Assembly (NCBI GenBank): GCA_046292385.1 | Contig: JBKBRF010000006.1 | Coordinates: forward strand, 128,001-192,000 | DNA from: Armatimonadota bacterium | GTDB lineage: Bacteria > Armatimonadota > SYMT01 | Direction: 5' to 3' | Length of the DNA: 64,000 nt | Shown here: positions 40,882 through 49,361 of the stretch, in pieces | Numbering within the stretch: the first letter of the stretch is position 1 | Layout: the number at the start of each line of letters is the position of its first letter | The notes under the pieces: model-generated | The model's input: the letters and a program-made list of their open reading frames with translations, nothing else | Told to the model about the DNA's origin: nothing | The model's database searches: none | Program-made: the position numbers and the translations under genes

Positions 40882-43800
40882 TTACCGTCCCATCCGCTCA
40901 CGGAGCCAGTCCACGGCGGGGCCGAGGGGGCCGAGGTTGGGACGGAGGCGCTCCCGGTAGAAGCGCTCCATCTGGTCGCCGAAGGAGGGCGGGGCGTCGC
41001 CGGGTTTCGGGAGGATGCTGTCGATGATCTCCCGGGCGACCGGCGCGCAGATCGTCCCGCCCGTGCCACCGGAGCGGACGTCTTCCACCAGCACCGCAAA
41101 GGCGAGGGTGCGCGGCTGCAGCTCGTGGTCGCTGGTGGCGAAGCCGACGAACCAGGCGTGTCTCCCGGTGACGGTCCGGCTGCGGCCGCGGCTATCCCGG
41201 ACCTTCTTGTCGAACTCCGCCGTACCGGTCTTGCCGCCGACGGTGATCCCCGGGAGACGCGGCGCGCCGCCACGGAAGAAGGCGGCGTGCGCGGTGCCGG
41301 AGGGGCTCTCGACGACCGACACCATCATCTCGCGCAGGCGCTCCGCTACCTCGCGGGGGAACGGCTGGTAGGGCCGGCTGATCGGAGCGCCGGGGACCCC
41401 GTCCGCGGGGCGGCGGCCGTCCTTGGTCACCACCGCCTGCACCCAGTGCGGACGAGCGGCGGCGGAGTCCGAGAAGCCGGGGCGGGCGGCGCCCGCGGCG
41501 CCGGCGAGCATCGCCATCTCGAGCGGGCTAACTCGCGCGTCGATCTGCCCGAAGCCGGTGTACGGCAGGTGCTCCGCCAGCTCCTCCGGAGAGGGGAGGT
41601 GCTGCAGCTCCGCGTTCTCCATCGCCCGGTGGATGCGCTCGGGGCCAAGCCGCGCCGCCAGGTGGGCGAAGAAGACGTTGCAGGAGGTGGTGAGCGCGTA
41701 CTCCATGCTGTCGGCCAGGCCCAGGCTGCCGTGACTACCCCGGCCGTAGTCGGCGATCTTGCCGACGTCTCGCCGCCAACGCTTGCCCTCGTACTCCCAG
41801 GTCACCGGCTCCGCATTCCGGCCGTTGCGGCAGGTGACGGTGCCCTCAATCCCCTCATCCATTCCCGCGCCGGCGGTCAGGATCTTAAAGGCGGAGCCGG
41901 GGAAGTAGAGCGCGTCGCGGGAGAGCGCCTTGTTGGTGAGGATGCCGTTGCGCGGGTGCTGATCCGCGTACCGCTCCATGCGCTCGACGGTGAGCTCGTT
42001 CGGGTTGAAGGTCGGGAGCGTCACCGCGGCGAGGACGGCCCCGCTGGTGACGTCGTAGACCACGGCCGCGCCGCCGGTCCCCGGCTGGCTGCCCCAGCTC
42101 TTCACGGCGGAAGAGAGCTTCTCCGCGGCGAGCTCCTGCAGGTCGGCGCGCACGGTGAGCTGCAGGTCCTGCGGCTGCGGCGGGCGCACGACCGGGTTGT
42201 TCCGGTTCCGGAAGTACCACGGCAGCTCGTCCGGCTGGTAGCCGCGCAGCAGCGGGTCGGCGGAGGTCTCCACGCTGGCGGACTGCGCCTGGAAGCGGCC
42301 GTCGGTGGTCCAGCCGACCAACTGCGCCATGGTGTCGCCCAGCGGGTAGTAGCGCTTGCCTTCGCCGCCCTGGCGCTCCGAGCGCTCCACGCGGCGCGCG
42401 AACGCGGGCGACTCGTCCCGGATCGCGGCCAGGTCGTCTTCGTTCGGATTGGAGACGGCGAGCAGCTTCGCGTCGGCGCTGAAGACGCGCCCCCGGGGGA
42501 ACTGGCGCCGGTACCGCTCCAGGTACGGGTTCTGGAAGACGACCTTCTCCCGCGCCCGCCCGATGCTCTGCGCCGGCTGCAGCAGGATGCGATCTCCCAG
42601 GATCCAGGGACAGCCGTACAGGATCAGCCCGATCGCCGGCAGCGCGAAGGAGAAGGTGATCGGCCGGGAGAGCCGCGTGATGCCGCGAAGCACCTCCGGA
42701 GTCGCCTCGGTCGCGTCCGGGACGTGCCGGGTGGGGCGAGAGAGGTTCCAGATCGTCCCCAGCGCCAGGGCGGAGGCGATGAAGTTGGTCAGACCGGTGC
42801 TGATGAACGGAACGTTGATCCCGGTGAACGGGAAGACCCGGACCATCGCCCCGCAGATCCAGACCGCCTGGAACGCCAGGAGGCTGGTGAGACAGAACGC
42901 CAGCAGGCGGGTGCGGTCGGTCGGCGCGCGCCGCGCCGCCAGCATTCCCCGCCAGGTGAGCGCGGCGAAGAGCCCCAGCAGCGCGAGGCCGGTCCAGAGA
43001 CCCATCGTCGCCGCTACGCCCGCGAAGGCGGCGTCGTTCCGCGCCAGCGGGAGGTAGGTGGGCAGGTTCTGCGTGCCGACCCCCATGCCGGTCCAGCCGC
43101 CGGAGGCGATCGCCCAGAGAATACGCGCCTGGTGGTCGCCATTCGGGAAATCGGTCACCCACGGGCTCCACCACATCTCCATCCGGTTCCGCAGCGTGTG
43201 GAACGCCAGGTTCTTCCAGGTGGGGATCGCAATCACCAGCGCGAAGCCGGCGCCGAGCAGCAGCGGCGTCAGGAGGCGACCGGTCGCCGCGTAGAGCGCG
43301 GAGAGGGTGAGGACGATGATGACGGCAGCCGGGCCGAAGTCGCGGAAGGCGTAGAAGAAGAGGCAGTAGAGCAGCACCGTGGCGAGCACCACCACCAGCT
43401 CGGTCCGCCGCTCCATCTGCAGCCGGTTCAGAGGCCAGAACCCGGCCAGCGGCTCCCGGAGGCTCCGGAGAACGCGGCTGTTGCGGCCGAGGTAATCGGC
43501 CAGGAAGAAGGCGACTGCCAGCCGGATCAGCTCGCTCGGGGTGAAGCGGATGCCGCCCGGAAGCTGCACCTGGATGAGGGCGCCGTTCTCCGCGCGGACG
43601 CCGCCGATCAATAGCAGGAGCGCGAGCAACGCCATCCCGCCGAGCAGGAGCGCGTGGAACGGGATCGACTCGTAGTAGGGCCGGTCGCCCGCCAGCCGCC
43701 ACCAGACCTTCTCCTCCAGCAGCACGCTGAGCCGCCGGAAGTACTTTCCGCCCGCGGTCACCAGCGCCAGGACCGCGATCCCGGTCAACGCGCTGCGGAT

Positions 43801-44157
43801 GTACAGCTCCGGCGTCAGCCCCGGCGAGGCCGGGCCGCGGAGGTCGAGATGGTACGCTCCGCCGATCAGCAGGATCAGCGAGAGGACCGGCAGGATCACC
43901 TGGTCGCCATCGAACCGGGTCGCCGCCAGCGCTACGTGCAGCGCCAAGCACGCGCCCCAGACGGTCGCCAGCGCCAGCAGGGCCGGCATCAGCGCCTCGG
44001 ACGGGTGACGCTGCGCCAGAGACGCCCCCCACGCTGCCAGCAACAAGAGCGGCAGGTTCCAGAGCAGCAGGGTCCGCTCGAGGGAGCGTCCGTGCAGGAA
44101 GGCGGAGGTCCAGGAGACCGCCTTGACCGGGGCCGTGGTTTCGATGGCGCTTGCCAT
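40882..44157 (-). CDS. FtsW/RodA (SEDS) glycosyltransferase fused to class B PBP transpeptidase
   Basis: FTPSELIR, DFGPA, SGGWTGMG, PFTGINVPFISTG; then GSAFK, SCN, GKTGT. Confidence 0.92.
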   Translation of the reverse strand: MASAIETTAPVKAVSWTSAFLHGRSLERTLLLWNLPLLLLAAWGASLAQRHPSEALMPALLALATVWGACLALHVALAATRFDGDQVILPVLSLILLIGGAYHLDLRGPASPGLTPELYIRSALTGIAVLALVTAGGKYFRRLSVLLEEKVWWRLAGDRPYYESIPFHALLLGGMALLALLLLIGGVRAENGALIQVQLPGGIRFTPSELIRLAVAFFLADYLGRNSRVLRSLREPLAGFWPLNRLQMERRTELVVVLATVLLYCLFFYAFRDFGPAAVIIVLTLSALYAATGRLLTPLLLGAGFALVIAIPTWKNLAFHTLRNRMEMWWSPWVTDFPNGDHQARILWAIASGGWTGMGVGTQNLPTYLPLARNDAAFAGVAATMGLWTGLALLGLFAALTWRGMLAARRAPTDRTRLLAFCLTSLLAFQAVWICGAMVRVFPFTGINVPFISTGLTNFIASALALGTIWNLSRPTRHVPDATEATPEVLRGITRLSRPITFSFALPAIGLILYGCPWILGDRILLQPAQSIGRAREKVVFQNPYLERYRRQFPRGRVFSADAKLLAVSNPNEDDLAAIRDESPAFARRVERSERQGGEGKRYYPLGDTMAQLVGWTTDGRFQAQSASVETSADPLLRGYQPDELPWYFRNRNNPVVRPPQPQDLQLTVRADLQELAAEKLSSAVKSWGSQPGTGGAAVVYDVTSGAVLAAVTLPTFNPNELTVERMERYADQHPRNGILTNKALSRDALYFPGSAFKILTAGAGMDEGIEGTVTCRNGRNAEPVTWEYEGKRWRRDVGKIADYGRGSHGSLGLADSMEYALTTSCNVFFAHLAARLGPERIHRAMENAELQHLPSPEELAEHLPYTGFGQIDARVSPLEMAMLAGAAGAARPGFSDSAAARPHWVQAVVTKDGRRPADGVPGAPISRPYQPFPREVAERLREMMVSVVESPSGTAHAAFFRGGAPRLPGITVGGKTGTAEFDKKVRDSRGRSRTVTGRHAWFVGFATSDHELQPRTLAFAVLVEDVRSGGTGGTICAPVAREIIDSILPKPGDAPPSFGDQMERFYRERLRPNLGPLGPAVDWLRERMGR

Positions 44158-44538
44158 GCTTGAGGGGAGATGAAAGCCGGAAAGATGAAAGATCGGGCCG
44201 CACGGTGCCGGCGGCCCTCGCACGTACTACGGTATCAGGCTCGACGTCGTTCGCGTGGCCGTGCGGCGGCGTCGCCTATAGGAACGGCTCTGCGTGCGAG
44301 AGCGTTACTCTCGTCCGCCGGAGTGCCGACGCTACCAAAGAGACAGAGCACCGGGCCGGGGATAGGGGCGACCACGGCTTCCGCGCTCCGCGCTCTCCAC
44401 GACTCCGTATCCCCATTCTTTGAAAACAATCATTGCGTCGGTAGAGGTGCAAGCGGACGGCAGGTTGAAGTATTGTTTGGCGCCTTTCAATAATCGCGCC
44501 GCTCCATCATCCCGCTGAGCTTCTCCCGAGGTCCGTCC

Positions 44539-47500
44539 ATGCGCCGCCTCTATTCCTCTCGCCTCCCGCTCACCCTGGGGATCGTCCTGCTTGCCTCCGC
44601 GGCGGGCGGCTGGTCCGCAGAAGACTACCGCGGCGCCGGGGCCGTGCTCCGGCAGCTCGAGATGCGCCGGACCGCGCCGCCGGAGGCGGCGGAGCCGGAC
44701 CATCCCGGCGGTATCCTGCGGAAGGACCTGGCCGCCTTCCGGGAAAAGTCGGCCGCCCTGCCGCCGCAGGAGGCGGCACGTGAGTGGCTGCGGCTCGTCG
44801 ACCGGTACCAGAGCCTGGACGCCGAGGCGATCGCCCGGACCCACGAAGGCGGGATGCCGCTGGGCTTCGACAGCGTCGTCGCCGCCCTGCCGCCGCCACC
44901 GGCGTGGAACGCCCTTGCAGCCGCCATACAGGCGCGCCAGCCGGGTCCGGCGAACCGCCGGATCGCCAACCTTTCGCTGCTGCTCCTGGCGCACACGCTC
45001 ACCGGCGACAACGCCGCCCAGTGGCGCGACCTCGCCGCGCTGGAGGCGCTCGCCGCTAAGGGAGCTCCGGAGGAGCGGCTCCAGTTCGCCTATCCGGTTC
45101 TGCAGCTCAACCAGACGCTGGCGGAGCAGTCGGCCGATCCCCAGCGGATCCTGAAGGGGATCGAGGCGCGGCTGTCTCTGATGAAGGTGCAGGGGGCGCA
45201 CGTGCCGGGCAGGACGACTCTGGAGCTGCCGGACCTCGTGTCGCTGGTCGGCCCGGCGAAGGCGGAGGCGCTCCTGCGCCGCTACCTGCTGGAGCCGCGC
45301 GTGGAGATCTCGATCAGCAGCGGCCGGGCGACCCTGCAGCTGGCCCGCCAGCTCACGCTGGAGCTGCTCCCGAAGCTGAAGACGCCGCAGTGGACCCTCG
45401 CCCACTCGACGGATGCGGTCCGTCTCTACGAAGCGCTGGCGAAGCGGTTCCCCGAGCCGAAGGCGCCCGCCCCGCGCCCGGCGGCCCCGCCAATCGAGGC
45501 GCTGATGGAGTCCCGCAGCGACGGCGGCCACTCCACCCGGGATACGGCCCGCGTCTACTACATGCTCGGCCTCATCGCCGCCGGCCGCACCAAGGAAGCC
45601 GCCGCCCTGCTCCCGAAGGTCCGGAGCCAGGCGAGCGTGTACGGACTTTCCGAGGCGGGAATGGTGAGCCTCGAAAAGGCCGGCTTCGCTCGCGCCCTGA
45701 CCGAGTTCCTGCAGGCGGCGCTGATGAAAGATCCCTCGCTGCCGCTCTGGTCGCTCTACATCTCCACCGCCGCGGCCGCGAACCGGACCGGGGAGCTGCT
45801 CGGCACGCTGCGCGCCGCGCTGGCGCGACCTCAGCTTCCCGCGGAGCGCCGGCAGGAGCTGCAGGAGTACCTGTACCGGGCGCTGCTGGCCGCGGACCAG
45901 GTGGACGAAGGGGCCGCGCTGCTGCGGAAGCTGCTGGCGCAGGAAGGCGGCGAAGAGCGCGTGGAGCGCGTCGGTCACGCGGTGACCCTCGCGAATCTGG
46001 GCCACTTGCTGAAGAAGCCCGAGTGGGTGGAAGAAGGGGTGAAGGTCGCGCGGGAGACGCTGGCCGGCAACCCGGACGGGCGCTACTTCGTGGGGTCGTT
46101 CGTCGACCTGATGCTCGATCTCGGCCGCGGCCCGGAGGCGGAGCAGCTGCTCATCGACCTGCTCGGCCGCGCCCAGCCGGAGGGCTTCGGCGGCGACGAA
46201 GCGGAGGACCGGGAGATCCTGATCACGCTCGCCGGTCTCTATCACCGCGCCGGGCGGCACGCGGACGTCCTGACCCTGCTGGACCGCGCTCCGAGCTGGG
46301 GCGCGACCGATCTCTCCGCAGTCCTGCTGGCGGCCGACGAGCGGGACAACGTCCTCGGCTACCTTGCCGCCGCGGCACTCGCTAAAGCCGGCTCGAACGA
46401 GATGGCGGAGCGGATCCTGCAGACGGTGCTGCGGGTGCGGAACAACTACGACCCGGCCTACGCGCTGCTGGTGGAGCTGAAGGGGCAGGAAGCGCTGCCG
46501 CTGCTGGACGACCTGGCGGCGCGCGACCGTTTCGAAGAGCGCCCGCTGATCTGGAAGGCCTACCTGCTCCTCAAGGCGGGCCGCCTGGAAGAAGCGGAGA
46601 AGGCGGCGCGAGAGGCGGTCTCGATCGACCCGTCCGACGGCGAGCAGAAGTTCGGGCGGCGGATGCGCGTCTACGCCATCCTGGCCGACATCCGCGAAGC
46701 CCGCGGCGACCAGAAGGAAGCGGCGCTCTTCCGCGGCGCGGTGCGTGCCATCCGGATGAGTGAAGAGGCCGACCAGCTCTATGCGGCCGGGCTGCTGGAT
46801 CGCGGGATCCGGCTCTACAAAGAGGCGCTCACCCACTTCGCGGACGCCTACTGCATCCAGTCGCGCCTGGCGGTCCAGCTCGCGCAGCAGGGCAAGCACG
46901 AGGAGGCGGCGCTCCACTACCGCCGTGCCTTCGAGCTGATGCCGGACAGCTTCGGCCGGATGGAGACGCACTGCTTCGGCTGCGAGGGCGTCTTCTCCGG
47001 GTCGCAGGCGCAGGGCATCGCGGAACGCGTCTTCCAGGAGCTGGTGCAGAAGACCCCGGAGAAGCCGCAGGTGCACTACCTCCTCGGCTACCTCCGCGAA
47101 AGCCAGGAGCGCTACAAGGAAGCGCTGGCCCACTTCAAGACCGCCGTGGCGAAGGACCCGGACTACATCAACGCCTGGCAGCATATCCAGTCGCTCGACA
47201 GCTACATCTACGTCACGCCCGCGGACCGGAATGCGGCCGCGCTGAACCTGCTGCGGCTCGACCCGCTGCGCCGGCACGTGGAGCCGGATCTCGGAACCGT
47301 CTCCGACCTCCGCGCGCTCTGGCAGGCCGTCGACGCAGCCCGCAAGGAGCTTCCGCCGACGCTGCCGGAGACGATCTACCCGCTCGCGGCAAGCAAAGAG
47401 CTGATCGAGAAGCGCGAGGCGCTCAACCCGGAGCTGGCGGCACAGCGGAACCAGATACACGCCTTCAGCATGATGCGCAGCCGGTTCGGCGGCGGCTATC

Positions 47501-47637
47501 CCGGGACGGGAGACCGCCAGCCGCAGCCGCTCCCACCTCCGGCGGAAGTGCTCTCCGAACACAACATCCTATCCCAGGTGGGGCAGTTGATCGACTCGTC
47601 CCGGGAGTCCGGAGTGAGAGTGTTCTTCGATCAGTGA
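44539..47637 (+). CDS. Large exported TPR-containing protein
   Basis: Signal peptide; C-terminal TPR-like repeats; HCFGCE motif. Confidence 0.8.
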   Translation: MRRLYSSRLPLTLGIVLLASAAGGWSAEDYRGAGAVLRQLEMRRTAPPEAAEPDHPGGILRKDLAAFREKSAALPPQEAAREWLRLVDRYQSLDAEAIARTHEGGMPLGFDSVVAALPPPPAWNALAAAIQARQPGPANRRIANLSLLLLAHTLTGDNAAQWRDLAALEALAAKGAPEERLQFAYPVLQLNQTLAEQSADPQRILKGIEARLSLMKVQGAHVPGRTTLELPDLVSLVGPAKAEALLRRYLLEPRVEISISSGRATLQLARQLTLELLPKLKTPQWTLAHSTDAVRLYEALAKRFPEPKAPAPRPAAPPIEALMESRSDGGHSTRDTARVYYMLGLIAAGRTKEAAALLPKVRSQASVYGLSEAGMVSLEKAGFARALTEFLQAALMKDPSLPLWSLYISTAAAANRTGELLGTLRAALARPQLPAERRQELQEYLYRALLAADQVDEGAALLRKLLAQEGGEERVERVGHAVTLANLGHLLKKPEWVEEGVKVARETLAGNPDGRYFVGSFVDLMLDLGRGPEAEQLLIDLLGRAQPEGFGGDEAEDREILITLAGLYHRAGRHADVLTLLDRAPSWGATDLSAVLLAADERDNVLGYLAAAALAKAGSNEMAERILQTVLRVRNNYDPAYALLVELKGQEALPLLDDLAARDRFEERPLIWKAYLLLKAGRLEEAEKAAREAVSIDPSDGEQKFGRRMRVYAILADIREARGDQKEAALFRGAVRAIRMSEEADQLYAAGLLDRGIRLYKEALTHFADAYCIQSRLAVQLAQQGKHEEAALHYRRAFELMPDSFGRMETHCFGCEGVFSGSQAQGIAERVFQELVQKTPEKPQVHYLLGYLRESQERYKEALAHFKTAVAKDPDYINAWQHIQSLDSYIYVTPADRNAAALNLLRLDPLRRHVEPDLGTVSDLRALWQAVDAARKELPPTLPETIYPLAASKELIEKREALNPELAAQRNQIHAFSMMRSRFGGGYPGTGDRQPQPLPPPAEVLSEHNILSQVGQLIDSSRESGVRVFFDQ

Positions 47638-47714
47638 GGCGTCTCGCTCGCCAGCGGGCCCACGGAGCGGATCCCTGGGCGCGCTGGCGAGAAACTGTTG
47701 GCGAAACCGGGAGG

Positions 47715-47868
47715 CTCGCTTCCGCACTCCACAGACCGGACCGGAAGCGAGTCCCTCTGGTGCAAAGGGAGACTGCCTCGGTGAAGTCTGTGGAGTGCGG
47801 TGGCTCGCCACCGCTTCCCCGCCAGGGGAATCTCGCCGGAGCGCTCGGCCGTCGGTCATCATCCTGCC
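47715..47868. repeat. REP-containing repeat, uninterrupted copy
   Basis: ccgcactccacagac...gtctgtggagtgcgg and gcggtgg-ctcg-ccaccgc hairpin; homologous to 59273-59366 plus 59715-59780. Confidence 0.8.
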
Positions 47869-47937
47869 CAGGCTGGTTTCGCCAACGGGAGACGACGTGT
47901 CGGCTGCATCCCGCGTGAAGTGGGAAACCCCTGCGGG

Positions 47938-49278
47938 TCAGACCGCTTCCACGATCAACAGCGTATCTCCCACCGCGATCACGTCTCCGGGCAGGAGCCC
48001 GGACCGGACCACCCGCACGCCGTTGACGCGCGTGCCGTTGCGGCTCCCGAGGTCCCGCAGGACCCAGGCGCCGCTCCGCGGCTCGATGCGGGCGTGGTGG
48101 CGGCTCACCTTGGCGTCGGCCAGGCGGATGCGGTTGTCCTCTTCCCGCCCGATCGTCACCGTCCCCCCGAGGGGGATCAGCGACTGTTCCACGCGCAGGG
48201 CCAGGCCGGAGACGGGTGGCATGGCGATCGTTCGGTCCTCCGGGTCGGGTAGGGGCTGGGCCAGCTCGCCCGGCGACGCGTGTCCCGCGGCGGCCGGCGC
48301 GCCGATGACGGTGGTCTCGCTCTCCAGGATCTGCTGCACGTGCGCCGCGAGAGGGGAGGGGGTGCCCGCCACGCCGCCGGGAAACCGCGGATGGCGGAAC
48401 CGGAAGCAGTGCTTGCCGATCTCCACCAGCGCGCCGTCCCAGAGGGCAGCCTGCCGGACCGGCTCCCCATTCACGTGCAGCATCGGGATCGCGGATACCT
48501 CCCGGATCACCGGGGTGGGGGTGAGGGTCAGGACTGCCTGTTCGGCGGCGAGCGAGCGGTCGCCAAACAGCGGCACTTCCGCCGAGTCGCTGCGCCCGAT
48601 TCGCGTGGGGCTGCGATAGATCGGGACGATCTGCCCTTCCCGGGGCTCCGAGAGGAAAGCGAGCCAGCAGGCGCGGCAGACCTGATCGCCGAGGGCCAGG
48701 CCCAGCGCGGCGGCGGCTCCGAAGACGACCATCACCGGCAGCGGCGCGAGCTCGGGTCCCAGGAGAGCGCCGATCGGGAGCGCGAGCAAGCCGCCGACGA
48801 GGCCGCCCAGGCTGCCGCCGCCCGCCGCCGCCGCGGCACGCCGGCTCGAGCGGGAGAGCAGCCCGAGCGAGGCGCCCGCCGTCGCACCGGTCACGAGCCC
48901 GGCGGGAACGAGCGGAACCGGTGCCGCCGCGAGCACGCCGGAGATCAGGATCCCGGCGGCGAGCCCCAGCGCCGCGCCGATTCCCCCGGCCAGGGCGCCG
49001 CGGCGGGCGAGGCGGGTCGCGCTGCCGCTCCGGAGCTCGTCCGCGGCGGCGAGGGCCGCGCTGAGCGTGCTGGTGGTGACGAGACTGAAGGCGAGCAGCG
49101 GAGGAGCGATCCACTCCGAGTCCGGCATACTCGAGGCGAGCCAGCGGCTGGCGGGCGCGGTGAGGTGGAACGCCACGAAGCCCGCCGCCGCGCCGGCCAG
49201 GCACTGCGTCCGGACCGCCTGCGCCGCGCCGGGGTCGAGCAGCCGGGAGAAGACCGTGCGCCGCGCGATCAGGTTCAC
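47938..49278 (-). CDS. Membrane protein with two FHA domains
   Basis: Gly/Ala-rich TM bundle; degenerate FHA (IGRS...) and canonical FHA (IGR, VSRHHA, DLGSRNGT). Confidence 0.85.
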   Translation of the reverse strand: MNLIARRTVFSRLLDPGAAQAVRTQCLAGAAAGFVAFHLTAPASRWLASSMPDSEWIAPPLLAFSLVTTSTLSAALAAADELRSGSATRLARRGALAGGIGAALGLAAGILISGVLAAAPVPLVPAGLVTGATAGASLGLLSRSSRRAAAAAGGGSLGGLVGGLLALPIGALLGPELAPLPVMVVFGAAAALGLALGDQVCRACWLAFLSEPREGQIVPIYRSPTRIGRSDSAEVPLFGDRSLAAEQAVLTLTPTPVIREVSAIPMLHVNGEPVRQAALWDGALVEIGKHCFRFRHPRFPGGVAGTPSPLAAHVQQILESETTVIGAPAAAGHASPGELAQPLPDPEDRTIAMPPVSGLALRVEQSLIPLGGTVTIGREEDNRIRLADAKVSRHHARIEPRSGAWVLRDLGSRNGTRVNGVRVVRSGLLPGDVIAVGDTLLIVEAV

Positions 49279-49361
49279 GGCGCGGCCCCGGCCGGCGCCC
49301 CTATCCCGCGACTTCGACTACGCGGGGCGGCAGAGTGGGGGCGGGGGAGGCTCCGCATGGC

